Source of the DNA: a virus
Length of the DNA stretch: 64,000 nucleotides
Virus record (IMG/VR): IMGVR_UViG_3300024253_000006
Strand: one strand, 5' to 3'
How positions within the stretch are numbered: position 1 is the first letter of the stretch; every line of letters begins with the position of its first letter. The notes below the pieces were generated by a model. The model saw nothing but the letters and a program-made list of their open reading frames with translations, was not told the DNA's origin and ran no database searches. A program made the translations under genes and the position numbers. Of the stretch, positions 48,719-58,666 are shown piece after piece.

Positions 48719-50079
48719 TGAAGAGTGTAGTGCGGCGCTTTGAAACCTCGGTTACGATCATTCGTCCGGACTACGCCTCGAACGCCACGGAATCGACGAT
48801 TGTGAAGTTCGTCTCGTCGCCTACAACGCAAAAGGGCGAATCGATCGACATGATAGGGTATTCGTTTGAAGAGGCAATCGAAAATCCCGACTCTCCGTTT
48901 TCGATTACTCTTTTACCGACTGCTGACAACGATGGAAAGACTTGGGTGGACAAGATAGCGCCGATGGACCTTGTATTTTTTGATGAGTTTGGCAAAACAA
49001 GGTATTGTGGGATCGTGCGCGGCGTGCGCTATATCGCACAAATGGGCGACACGGGACCGTCGCGGAATATTGTGGTGCAAGGGTATGGATTCGGGAAGCT
49101 GCTATCGATTTTTATTCTTCCCCTTGATTATCATCTGTGGCCAGGTCTCCCTAAAGATATAGCAGACAATATTCTGACACGCGAACTTGAGGCTTCGGGG
49201 AAGAAGCTCAGGGCCGCACTGCGCACCATATATAAAAATTTCATAACGCTCACTACGGTGAACGACAGCGGCGTGGCAGCTGGAATTAAGGCCCTCATCG
49301 ATAAGTATATCGATATCGATACTGGCATCTCAAGCGATCTTGAGGCATGGTACGATCTGGCGATGGGGCTTTATCAGACCGGAGAAAATGATATCTGGGG
49401 AATCTGGAAAAGTCTTATTCCGGCTCCCATCTATGAACTGTTCGGGCGGTGGGATCAGGACACCAAAAAATATAAAATTATCGCACGGCTGGCCCCATTT
49501 GACGCAAGTGACTGGAAATCGCTTCCAACCATTCAGGCAAAATCGATTGTCTTAACCGATTATTCAGTAGGGCGAGACAATTCAGAGGTCAAGACATTTT
49601 TCTACGGGAGTATGCCGGGAAGTGAGCTGGATAGGCTTGAAACTCTCACGATCGATCAATACAGGACGACACGGAAAATAAACAATGAAAAATGGCCGAT
49701 CTATGGCTATCGGCCAATGGAGATAGTATTCCGCTATTTCAAACGGGATATAACCACCACAAATTCAGAGCGGGTGCTCGCAAAAGCAGCCGAGACAATG
49801 TATAATTGGTATGGCAAAAATGATGAATTGCTTAACGGCCAAATAACCACCATCGATGTGGATGATGAAAAGATAATGAAGTATCCGAGGATCGGAGAAA
49901 AATTATCTTTTCTCGGGGGTGAGTGGTATATCGAGCGCACCATGCGAAGCTGGATGTATGGGAAATCCCCAAAGGTGACATTGGATATTACCCGCGGGTA
50001 TGTGTATCAGGATGGCGCCATGCAATCGCCAATTCCTAATGTGGGGAAGCAATTGCTTGAGCTGGAGGATAAGTCGTGA
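48715..50079 (+). CDS. Baseplate hub / tail protein
   Basis: Position; C-terminal RIGEKL..EWYIE...TLDITRG. Confidence 0.65.
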   Translation: MMKSVVRRFETSVTIIRPDYASNATESTIVKFVSSPTTQKGESIDMIGYSFEEAIENPDSPFSITLLPTADNDGKTWVDKIAPMDLVFFDEFGKTRYCGIVRGVRYIAQMGDTGPSRNIVVQGYGFGKLLSIFILPLDYHLWPGLPKDIADNILTRELEASGKKLRAALRTIYKNFITLTTVNDSGVAAGIKALIDKYIDIDTGISSDLEAWYDLAMGLYQTGENDIWGIWKSLIPAPIYELFGRWDQDTKKYKIIARLAPFDASDWKSLPTIQAKSIVLTDYSVGRDNSEVKTFFYGSMPGSELDRLETLTIDQYRTTRKINNEKWPIYGYRPMEIVFRYFKRDITTTNSERVLAKAAETMYNWYGKNDELLNGQITTIDVDDEKIMKYPRIGEKLSFLGGEWYIERTMRSWMYGKSPKVTLDITRGYVYQDGAMQSPIPNVGKQLLELEDKS

Positions 50080-50918
50080 AAAAAATCACGATCAAATCAA
50101 CCCCTCATGGATCTTCTCAGGTCGAACTAAAGAATGCCGGTTACAATTCCCCCCAGGGGATCTTCGGTATGTGGGGGAAGGTGATTGCACGGCATTCCGA
50201 AGACCATACCGTAGATATGTTGACCGACAGGGGATTCGAAATCAGAAGGATCCCTGTAGCCTCCAGAGATTGGGTAACGAAAGATGATCTACCCACCGGC
50301 GGCCGCGATTTACCGCCGGAGGACACATATGTATTCATGATCATGCCTACCGGCCAAATCGAAAGCGCCTTCATCATTGCTTCCGGGTTCCCTCACAACC
50401 TCGATGCGCTCAAAGACGATTTTCTGGTGAAAGATAAAGAATCTGAAGCGTTCAGCCGAAAAGAGGGCGGATGGCAAAAAACGTATGATAAATCAAAAGG
50501 CGATTTACTGATTGAAGATAAAGATGGTTTTAGTTTATCGGTCAAGAAGAGCGACAAGGCAATGGTGCTGACAGACTGGAACAATAATAAAGCGATCATC
50601 GACCAGGATGGAATCGTGATTGAGGATGCGAATTCAAACAAAGCTACCCTCAATTCGGACGGTGTAAAGGTTGAGGATAAAAATGGGAATGTGATAACCA
50701 CTGATGCTTCAGGAATCAATATTAAGGACAAATCGAGCAATGAAGTACAGTTAACGGCGGAGGGCGCCACGATCAAGACAATAAATGGAAAAATCACTGG
50801 CGGATCGTTCAAGATGACTGGTGTTGTAGCAGCAAAGGGCACTGGTCCATTTTGCGCGATACTGTTTTGTCCTATTACGGGTTTGCCACACTGTGGCGAT
50901 AGTGTGGTAGGAACTTGA
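50076..50918 (+). CDS. Baseplate spike (gpV/gp5-like)
   Basis: N-terminal OB-like region, repeated I.D..GN.I...DG beta-helix units, C-terminal C..TG..H. Confidence 0.75.
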   Translation: MKKITIKSTPHGSSQVELKNAGYNSPQGIFGMWGKVIARHSEDHTVDMLTDRGFEIRRIPVASRDWVTKDDLPTGGRDLPPEDTYVFMIMPTGQIESAFIIASGFPHNLDALKDDFLVKDKESEAFSRKEGGWQKTYDKSKGDLLIEDKDGFSLSVKKSDKAMVLTDWNNNKAIIDQDGIVIEDANSNKATLNSDGVKVEDKNGNVITTDASGINIKDKSSNEVQLTAEGATIKTINGKITGGSFKMTGVVAAKGTGPFCAILFCPITGLPHCGDSVVGT

Positions 50919-50919
50919 T

Positions 50920-51201
50920 ATGGCAATGGATAAAGCAGTTTTAGGGCAGGCGATCGCTGACAGGATCCTTGCTATGGTGCCATTTGGGATTATAGTACCC
51001 AATGATACTAAAGCAAGCATGAGGGAGTTTTGGACGGCAATTGCAGATGAAATAATAACGCATATTACTGAGAACGCAGTCATACCGATTATGGTTGAAA
51101 CAACTGCAACTGGCGTGGTCTTGGATGCTACGGGGACCCCTATTCCGAATCAAACATGTCAAACTACTGGTACGGGATCGGGAACGGCAACGATCGAATA
51201 A
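50920..51201 (+). CDS. Small baseplate-region protein
   Basis: 93 aa in operon. Confidence 0.55.
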   Translation: MAMDKAVLGQAIADRILAMVPFGIIVPNDTKASMREFWTAIADEIITHITENAVIPIMVETTATGVVLDATGTPIPNQTCQTTGTGSGTATIE

Positions 51202-51212
51202 AGAGGGAAAGT

Positions 51213-53222
51213 ATGGCGAAATTTGCTTATCCCGAGATTTGGAAAAAATCTTTCCTCCTCGAAATCGTCATGCCTGGATCGCAGCCCTCCGAGCTCTTTA
51301 CATTCTCCCTGCCTCCCCAAAATATAGAGACAATCTATCCGCAGCGTGTCTCGGAAACAAAAACATTTGGCGGATTATTCGTGGATGATTACGGGTCCGA
51401 TGTCGCGAAAATTACGCTGTCAGGCAATACAGGCAATTCCGAAATAAAGCGCATCTATCGGGGGATGCGCGGAGATTTATGGCTAACCGGAAAGGAAGAG
51501 ATTTATTACATTCGTGACCATATCATTCGTTACAAGGAAAACAATAAAAACTACGGCGATGCGAAGCTTTATCTTTATAATCTCGCGACGGTCGCGGATG
51601 ATCAAATCTCCAGTGGAAATTATGATTCCGCCACTGATTCTTGGGAAGTCATATTGAAAGACTTCAAGGTCTCTCAATCAAAAGACAGGCCTTTCTGGTA
51701 TGCATATACCGTCGAATTTACCGGTTTGCGGATTTTGGGCAAAGAGAAAGAGGCATCGAGAGCGACAACAGGGGCTGCGGGGACAACGGATTCCATTACA
51801 CTTCTGGATGACGCAGACGCTGCGATGGCACCCCTTGAAAACCCTGCAGAAATTATGATGATAAGCGACAATTTAGTGTCGTCGGATGATTTGGCTGGTA
51901 TGCATGCCATAGAAACCAGATATCTCCCAACAACGTATTACCCAGATCAACCCGTTGAAGAACGATTGAAGCTGGCAATGGCAGACGGTACGTTATCGTC
52001 TGCAACAGTTAGCAAACTAAAAACATCTACCATCAATGGGACGGGGTATTTGGCGCAGCTTACCGCCCTCACAAAAGCAAGGGCCACCGTGGAAGAGAAG
52101 ATACGGAATAATATAGATCCACTTATGGCCACTTATACATGGAGTACAAAGATAGCTGATCCCGTGAAAAACGTGCGCAAACAGATATCAAAATTGAAAT
52201 CAAAAATGCAAACCTACAAGGCGCTTGTTTCCGGTATCATCAATAATACACTGTTCTCTGTTCCAATCCAACTTGTTGGATTAGCAAAAGATATTAGTGA
52301 TTTAGGTTTGGGCGTTGTCACCGCGCCTGCCGATATTGCAAATGATGCCATTGCTCAATGTAAGCAGATCCGCAAGGGTATATCATCACTTGTTGATGAT
52401 ATGAATGATATACCTGATTATACAAAAGCCAAGTATGGAAGTGTCGTCGAAGCATTTCAGTCTGAAATTGAAGCATGCATTTATACCGCTGAAAATAAAA
52501 TAAATACCGTTGCGGCACAAGCTGCGCTATCATCAGATAATCCAGATGTCTATCTGCTCCCCGCGGAATCAGACAATGATAGTCCGACGGTAATTCATGC
52601 TGAAACACAGACAACAATTGCCGGAACTACCACAAATACTAATGCAATATTGGTGTATGGCTATCAATATGTTACTGCAACCGCAGGAATAAGTATTGAT
52701 GCATTAGCTCAGCAATATCTCGACGACCCGGATGATGGCATTCTTATAGCTCTGGCAAATGGTATATCCGAAGAGACCGAAATTGACCCAGGAACGATTA
52801 TTAGGATCCCTGTCCTTAAGAACACAGAAAGCATTGCCGGCAATGAAGTATATTCCAGAACGGATAACCATGGTGTTGATATTGCGCTTACGGATTCGGG
52901 GGCAATCGAGATTGCGTCGCACGGGGGGCTCGCTATTATATCCGGAACAAAAAATATTACTCAGGCCATAAAATCCAGGCTCGCGGAGTCAATCGGGAAT
53001 AGGATACGGCTCACTGTATATGGAATAAAATCGGGTATCGGCAAACCGATGCTTACCGCATCGGCATATGTAACAACGTCCATAAAGGATACCATCATCC
53101 ACGATCCCAGGATTGGGCGCATCGAAAATTTTATTTTTCGTGGTTTTGCAGACCGCATATATATTCAATTTGACTATATTACTGTTGATGGCAGCCGCGG
53201 AACATATGAGGGCATTACATGA
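51213..53222 (+). CDS. Baseplate protein with LysM-like and C-terminal gp25-like regions
   Basis: P..ETIYPQR..TFGG..VDDYG..ITLSGNTG; ISIDALAQQYL..IALAN; NITQAIKSRL..IIHDPRIGRI. Confidence 0.7.
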   Translation: MAKFAYPEIWKKSFLLEIVMPGSQPSELFTFSLPPQNIETIYPQRVSETKTFGGLFVDDYGSDVAKITLSGNTGNSEIKRIYRGMRGDLWLTGKEEIYYIRDHIIRYKENNKNYGDAKLYLYNLATVADDQISSGNYDSATDSWEVILKDFKVSQSKDRPFWYAYTVEFTGLRILGKEKEASRATTGAAGTTDSITLLDDADAAMAPLENPAEIMMISDNLVSSDDLAGMHAIETRYLPTTYYPDQPVEERLKLAMADGTLSSATVSKLKTSTINGTGYLAQLTALTKARATVEEKIRNNIDPLMATYTWSTKIADPVKNVRKQISKLKSKMQTYKALVSGIINNTLFSVPIQLVGLAKDISDLGLGVVTAPADIANDAIAQCKQIRKGISSLVDDMNDIPDYTKAKYGSVVEAFQSEIEACIYTAENKINTVAAQAALSSDNPDVYLLPAESDNDSPTVIHAETQTTIAGTTTNTNAILVYGYQYVTATAGISIDALAQQYLDDPDDGILIALANGISEETEIDPGTIIRIPVLKNTESIAGNEVYSRTDNHGVDIALTDSGAIEIASHGGLAIISGTKNITQAIKSRLAESIGNRIRLTVYGIKSGIGKPMLTASAYVTTSIKDTIIHDPRIGRIENFIFRGFADRIYIQFDYITVDGSRGTYEGIT

Positions 53223-54280
53223 AAACATATGATCAAATTATGAACGCGATGAAGGCATATATCGTTGCTCATCAAACCATAATAACTGATCTAAATGAGG
53301 GTTCGGTAATTGCATCGATTCTTGAGGCCGTAGCGCGTGAAATATCTGCAGAATATATTGCTATCGTAAGCAATATAGATACATATCAGAAAAAGATTGC
53401 TTTTGCTCAGTTTGATTTCCGAAAAAAGGCCGGAGTAGCTGCTACGGGATCGATTGTGTTTAGCCGTGATTCTGCCCATCGAAACGATCTTTACATTCCG
53501 GTCAGGACTGAAGTGGCCACATCAGATGGTATAAAATTCACTACTGTTGAAGATGTACTTATTACGGCAGGCACCACAGAAAGCTCGTCGGCTGAGGTGG
53601 TGTGTGAAACACTTGGCACGGCAGGAAATGTGGCGGCAGGAGCTATAAGTATAATTAATTCTACTATTACCGGCTTGTCTTCAGTGACAAATGCTGTGGC
53701 TTGTTCCGGTGGCGTAGACGAAGAAACTGACGATGAATACGACAGCCGATTTAGAGAGTTCATCCAGGGCCTCGGGCAATCGAGCGTACCTGGCATAAAA
53801 GCAGCCGTGCTTGCCATTAATGGCGTTAAATCCTGCTCTATCGTGGAGCATTTTCCCCCAGTTTCCGGGATTAACATTACAGTGTATGCGGAGGACGGGA
53901 GTGGCACACTTCCTGATGATTTGTTGACCGAAGTGGATAATGTGGTGAATGGTGGCGGTGATAAGACGGGGATTCGCGCGGCGGGAATACGAGCACAGAT
54001 ATCAGCGCCTGTTATGGATAAGATTACTGTTACTGTAGAGGCGGCAATAGATTGGAGCGTCCCGCGGCAATATATCGAGGATGAAATGAACACAAAGATT
54101 GCGGGGTACATTGCCAGTCTGGGGATAGGAGCAGAGCCTGATTTGAAAGTCCTGGAAAATTTTGTAAAAGGGCAATATGGAATATCATCAGTCTCCAATG
54201 TCACTATATCAGGGCTTCCCGAGGTTTTTGACGATAGCATGATTGTGCGCCTGGATAGCGTGGTCGCGGAGTTTTCATGA
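53219..54280 (+). CDS. Baseplate J/gp47-family protein
   Basis: EGSVI..ILEA, ATG.I.F, GTAGNV, GGVDEETDDE..SRF. Confidence 0.9.
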   Translation: MKTYDQIMNAMKAYIVAHQTIITDLNEGSVIASILEAVAREISAEYIAIVSNIDTYQKKIAFAQFDFRKKAGVAATGSIVFSRDSAHRNDLYIPVRTEVATSDGIKFTTVEDVLITAGTTESSSAEVVCETLGTAGNVAAGAISIINSTITGLSSVTNAVACSGGVDEETDDEYDSRFREFIQGLGQSSVPGIKAAVLAINGVKSCSIVEHFPPVSGINITVYAEDGSGTLPDDLLTEVDNVVNGGGDKTGIRAAGIRAQISAPVMDKITVTVEAAIDWSVPRQYIEDEMNTKIAGYIASLGIGAEPDLKVLENFVKGQYGISSVSNVTISGLPEVFDDSMIVRLDSVVAEFS

Positions 54281-55698
54281 ATAGCATACAGGATAAGCTG
54301 AATAGCCTAATGCCAGCTATTTTTGATACAAGTAGCGAGGCATACAAATTATTAATCTCTGATAGCGAAAACAATGGCGGCGCGATTGCCCAGGCATTGG
54401 TCGATTTGATGGAATTCCGTGATTATTATACAAAAACAACCAATGTTGATGAAGCAAATGATATCTTACTAGATAAGATAGTCTCGCGTTTTTCTGGTTT
54501 GACACGGAATTATGCCGAACCCGATGATTATTTCCGCTTGCGCTATAAAGCGCTGGTTGAACGTTGCGGATTTGGCTCTTGGACGGTGGCAGAAGCGCTT
54601 CGAAAAAGTTATAGCTATTTTTTCAAGGATGAGGATATTTTCATTATTGAAAGTCATCCCACAACAAACCTTCTTTTGAATGGCAGTTTCGATACCCTCG
54701 CTGGCTGGGTTTCTTCCGGAAATGCTGAAGCGAAAATCATCTATTCAAAATCATTTGAAAAGGGATCTGCGCTTCAGGTAAAGCCAAATACCGCTGCTGA
54801 TACTGGAACTGTCTATCAGGATGTCGTATCGGGAGGTGGATGGTATTCCTTAGTCTTCTTCTTCTCGAGCACAAAGAAGGGCGCCGGAATTGTCGATTTG
54901 AATATCCGGCACCTGGGCAATGGTAATTACTGGAATCCAACAACGAAAGCGTGGAGCTCGTTAAAAGTGACCCCTCGGTACACTGTTAGCGACGCAACCG
55001 CTGGAAAGTATACACTGGTCCAACTTTTCCTTCCGGTGAACGCCGGCACGGTCCGTGTGAGCTTCTCAACGGCCGCAATTGCAGGCTTCCTCCTCGATGC
55101 GGTAGCATTTGGCCCGGTTGAATATCCCAACGTGCGCGCGATGCTCATCTCTGATCCCGAAGTATTTTATGACAGCTCTATTCTGCATGACAATACGATA
55201 AGCCATAATGGCTTCCTGCAATATTACATCCTCGATGGCCTCGAAGCGATTATGGAAAAGACTCGCGCTGCGGGAGTGCGGGGGGAAACATATCTACTTT
55301 CGAGCCGTTTGAGCATTCCTTGGGACCGTGTTACGATTCAGCTTTCCTCTGCGATTGATATGACTCCATTTAAGCATGATTCCCAGGCCAGATTTAACTC
55401 CCGATATGCCTATGGAGTAAAAGATACTCGCACAAGGCATTTTGTTCGAAGGTTTAACGAATGGTCGGAATTCTCGATTCTGCATGACAGCAAGGTACAG
55501 TATAATAGTCAATTCACCCATTCTGGGAAAAACCGGGGAGCTGAAATAGGCTTGTCAAGGTTGCGAGCTTCGGAATATGTGACCGTCATAACCGTGAATC
55601 ATGCACAGTATAACAGCGCAAAATTACATAATGAATCGATATTGCATGATGGTGCGTACTCGGTTTCCAGTCGGCAACTGACGCAATATTATCTATAG
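54277..55698 (+). CDS. Baseplate wedge / tail protein
   Basis: LLDKI..F.GLTR..EPDDYFRLR, EKTRAAGV; internal carbohydrate-binding-like NLLLNGSF insert. Confidence 0.65.
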   Translation: MNSIQDKLNSLMPAIFDTSSEAYKLLISDSENNGGAIAQALVDLMEFRDYYTKTTNVDEANDILLDKIVSRFSGLTRNYAEPDDYFRLRYKALVERCGFGSWTVAEALRKSYSYFFKDEDIFIIESHPTTNLLLNGSFDTLAGWVSSGNAEAKIIYSKSFEKGSALQVKPNTAADTGTVYQDVVSGGGWYSLVFFFSSTKKGAGIVDLNIRHLGNGNYWNPTTKAWSSLKVTPRYTVSDATAGKYTLVQLFLPVNAGTVRVSFSTAAIAGFLLDAVAFGPVEYPNVRAMLISDPEVFYDSSILHDNTISHNGFLQYYILDGLEAIMEKTRAAGVRGETYLLSSRLSIPWDRVTIQLSSAIDMTPFKHDSQARFNSRYAYGVKDTRTRHFVRRFNEWSEFSILHDSKVQYNSQFTHSGKNRGAEIGLSRLRASEYVTVITVNHAQYNSAKLHNESILHDGAYSVSSRQLTQYYL

Positions 55699-55703
55699 GG
55701 GGA

Positions 55704-56054
55704 TTGGATATGCAGACAAAAGCTTTGAAATCGATATTGGCAACGATGCTCATTTCTCCATCTTCGGCGAAAGCCATTACTCGTATAGGCTTTGGCGAGG
55801 GAAGCGTAGCGGCAACGCCGGACGATACTGCGCTCACGAATGCCTATATGAAGAATATCAACTCATCGCGAGTTATCGATGGCTCTTCAGTTGAGTTTAC
55901 TTACTCGCTCGGGTTCGGAGAGGCGAATGGCAAAATCATTCGTGAAATCGGTCTTTTCGCGACAGATGGAACATTGGTCGCGCGCGAAGTACGCGACGTT
56001 ATAGAGAAGGATTCCGACGCATCATACGATGGTGTTATAACGATCCTTCTGTAA
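55704..56054 (+). CDS. Tail collar/fibre-attachment protein
   Basis: ITRIGFGEG..DTAL, EANGKIIREIGLFATDGTLVAR. Confidence 0.7.
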   Translation: MDMQTKALKSILATMLISPSSAKAITRIGFGEGSVAATPDDTALTNAYMKNINSSRVIDGSSVEFTYSLGFGEANGKIIREIGLFATDGTLVAREVRDVIEKDSDASYDGVITILL

Positions 56055-56061
56055 GAGTTCA

Positions 56062-56090
56062 TTGACGGCGGCCCTCATGAGGGCTACAAT
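56062..56090 (+). promoter_or_regulatory. Internal sigma70-type promoter for the fibre-DGR segment, with a 14-bp palindrome in the spacer
   Basis: TTGACG-N17-TACAAT; GCCCTCATGAGGGC at 56071-56084. Confidence 0.65.
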
Positions 56091-56100
56091 ATTTTAACGA

Positions 56101-56170
56101 CGGTGCCGAGTGAAGACGAGGGCCGGTTACTCCTCTAAGAAAGGAGTAGCCGGCCCTTTTTCTTTTTCGG
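56101..56170 (+). terminator. Leader hairpin/terminator-like element, copy B
   Basis: CGGTGCCGA..GGGCCGGTTACTCCT-loop-AGGAGTAGCCGGCCC followed by a T-tract. Confidence 0.7.
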
Positions 56171-56187
56171 ACCCAACCGGAGGGGAA

Positions 56188-57111
56188 ATGGCTAACGTAA
56201 CTGAAGGCTCGAGCTGGGAGAGTGGGATATACCGCATAGAAACCACAGACCCAGTAGGCGGCGGTGAAAGCGGAATCGACAATCTACCGCATAAGCAATT
56301 GGCTGCACGAACGCAGTTTTTGAAGGCGTTTGCGGATGAGGTATTGGCGGCACGAGGTGGTTTAGCATCGCTCGATGCTCGCCTTGATCTCTTTGAACCC
56401 CTGGAAGCTTCTACTACGAATGCAATCATTTCGCTCGCGATGGCCGCGATGAGCCAGGCGGGCCTTGCACAGCGGGAACTTGAAAAGCTTCAGAATAAGC
56501 GCATGCAGACCGGGCTCATCACGATCAAGAATCGGGGTGTCATATCCGGGTGCGCAGTCACAAAATCGGGAACCGCAAGCCGAAACCTTGCTATCGCCGC
56601 AGGTGCCATATTCTTGGGCGGGCGAATTTTTCCCGTGTTCGCTGAATCGGCCGGGGCGGCCGTACCTCCAAACGCTGGGCTTGTATCGGCGATCTGCTAT
56701 GGATATCTGTATGTCACAACTGGCGGAGCGATAGCCTTTGCCTGCACAGGGCTTGGCGAGGCTGTTCCCGAAGACGGGCTTTCGCTTTACCAGATCACGG
56801 TTCCTGCAAACAACACCGACGTGACGGACCCGACCCTGACACTGGTGACGCTCACCGATATCAGGAGGATGGAGCCCAATTATCCCACCTGGTTCGCTAC
56901 ATCATCTTATGCGGCCGTTGCGCTCGCCTATCCTCTCCTCGATGCTGAATACACGGTGGCTTTCGATGTCGTTTCGATCAAGGGCGCTGGACTTCTTCAG
57001 GGCGGCGATCTGTACGTCGGTCCGCGAAATGTGAACGGATTCAACGTCTACTACAACGGTATAGCAGACACGGTAAAAGTGCGGTGGTCGATTCGCCGTG
57101 CTGGATTGTAA
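56188..57111 (+). CDS. Tail fibre protein
   Basis: MANVTE..W..GIYRIETTDPV.GG..GIDN..KQLA.RT.FLK; SD GGAGG. Confidence 0.8.
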   Translation: MANVTEGSSWESGIYRIETTDPVGGGESGIDNLPHKQLAARTQFLKAFADEVLAARGGLASLDARLDLFEPLEASTTNAIISLAMAAMSQAGLAQRELEKLQNKRMQTGLITIKNRGVISGCAVTKSGTASRNLAIAAGAIFLGGRIFPVFAESAGAAVPPNAGLVSAICYGYLYVTTGGAIAFACTGLGEAVPEDGLSLYQITVPANNTDVTDPTLTLVTLTDIRRMEPNYPTWFATSSYAAVALAYPLLDAEYTVAFDVVSIKGAGLLQGGDLYVGPRNVNGFNVYYNGIADTVKVRWSIRRAGL

Positions 57112-57120
57112 GGAGGTCCC

Positions 57121-57474
57121 ATGAGGATACAGATTTTGGGTACGCCTGTCGCCGAATACACACTGGACGAGGCGACGAAGGTGCTGACGGTGGCGGGGCT
57201 CGACGTGAACCTTCCCGATTACGAGAGAGATACGCAGAACATCGTCACGATTTCCGCCGGAGAAGCCGGGCCGGAATTGGGCATTGAAGGAAAGAAAGGT
57301 TTCATTGCCGACATCGACATTCCTCCACGGCGATACGTGGACGAGGAAGGTTTAAATGAGGCTGGTGATCCTGTCACGAACCATATCCCTGTGCCGCTCG
57401 ATACCGGCAGGATAATTTTGAAACTGTGGCCCCTGCCTAATCAGGTGGCCGAAATCGAAGAGGAGGTGCAGTAA
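57121..57474 (+). CDS. Tail-fibre-associated protein
   Basis: Between fibre and DGR target; SD AAGGAGG. Confidence 0.6.
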   Translation: MRIQILGTPVAEYTLDEATKVLTVAGLDVNLPDYERDTQNIVTISAGEAGPELGIEGKKGFIADIDIPPRRYVDEEGLNEAGDPVTNHIPVPLDTGRIILKLWPLPNQVAEIEEEVQ

Positions 57475-58607
57475 TGCCCGCTACTTTCACGAAAGATAGT
57501 ATGAGCGCCGCCGTTGAAGCGGCCTCCGGTGGAAAGATCAAGATTCTGTATGACGATCTTGGCAATCCCAGCCATATGGTTCGCATACCGAAATTCAATC
57601 TCGAGGATATAAGCGCGGATCTTGGTACCGGCCCCCATCCTGCCTTCATCGTCAATGGCGTTGCTAAGTCGGAAATTTGGATCGGTGCTTATCAGGCCTC
57701 GGTAATCGATGGTCGTGCCTATTCGCTTCCCGGCCAAGATCCGAAAATTGCCATCGACTTCGATACCGCCAAGGCTGCCTGCGTCAACAAAGGCCAGGGC
57801 TGGCATATGATGACGGCCTGGGAGTGGGCGGCGATCGCGCTCTGGTGCCTCAAGAACAAGTTCCAGCCGCGCGGCAATACGAACTATGGCCGCTCGCATG
57901 CACTTACCTATGAAACGGGTACCCGTGTCGATGGTGGCACTCCTGGTGTGTCGTCTGGAACGCCTCGCATTCTCACCGGGTCCGGCCCGATCTCGTGGCG
58001 CCATGAGAATACCTACGCTGGCATCTCCGATCTCGTGGGCAATGTCTCCGAGTGGAACGATGGATTCAAGATCATCGATGGCAAGATGTATTTCCCGGAT
58101 GACAACAATTTCGCGCTCGCCGAGGCGTCCTGGCCTGCCCGTGAAGCTTATTTCGACGCAACGGTAGGCCCTGGCGACAGAACGGGTGCGGCTGATAGCG
58201 GTGATCCTGTACTTTCGAATGTCGTGCCGGCGAATTATACCGAGACCCCGACTCCTGCTGGTGGGGCCGATGTAGGAGATTTCGACTATGCTTACATGGC
58301 CGCAGAAAACGGCTGGAGAAGCATGACGTACAAGTCAACCTACGACTCCATGGAACTCGCGCTTCGCCAAAAGCTGGCTGCCCTTATGATCGCCCCCAAG
58401 GTGAGCAAAGACGGCGCTCTTATCTTCGCCACTTCCGGTGAAGAAGCGAAGGGCGGTGTCTATGTTCGCAACTACGGCGAGCGTTTCCCGATCCGCGGCG
58501 GCGTTTGGAGCGATGGCGCGATTGCAGGCGTGGCGTGCCTGAACCTGGCCAGCCGTCGTGCGTTCTCGTACAGCAATATCGGGTTCCGTCCCGCTTTTAT
58601 ATTGTAA
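57474..58607 (+). CDS. DGR-adjacent target protein 3, Mtd-like receptor-binding protein (FGE-sulfatase/CLec fold)
   Basis: AVEAASGG..IPKFNLED..GPHPAF, GWHMMTAWEW, PRGNT.YG, DLVGNVSEW, RNYGERFP.RGG...IGFRPAF. Confidence 0.88.
   Translation: MPATFTKDSMSAAVEAASGGKIKILYDDLGNPSHMVRIPKFNLEDISADLGTGPHPAFIVNGVAKSEIWIGAYQASVIDGRAYSLPGQDPKIAIDFDTAKAACVNKGQGWHMMTAWEWAAIALWCLKNKFQPRGNTNYGRSHALTYETGTRVDGGTPGVSSGTPRILTGSGPISWRHENTYAGISDLVGNVSEWNDGFKIIDGKMYFPDDNNFALAEASWPAREAYFDATVGPGDRTGAADSGDPVLSNVVPANYTETPTPAGGADVGDFDYAYMAAENGWRSMTYKSTYDSMELALRQKLAALMIAPKVSKDGALIFATSGEEAKGGVYVRNYGERFPIRGGVWSDGAIAGVACLNLASRRAFSYSNIGFRPAFIL
58481..58595 (+). repeat. DGR variable repeat VR3 (diverged)
   Basis: Versus TR: 14 mismatches at TR adenines and 14 at non-adenines. 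Confidence 0.8.
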
Positions 58608-58666
58608 TCTGGGTATCTGATTCTCTGGATTCTGATGTCTTGGAGTTCTTCTGATGGAGTTTTGCC

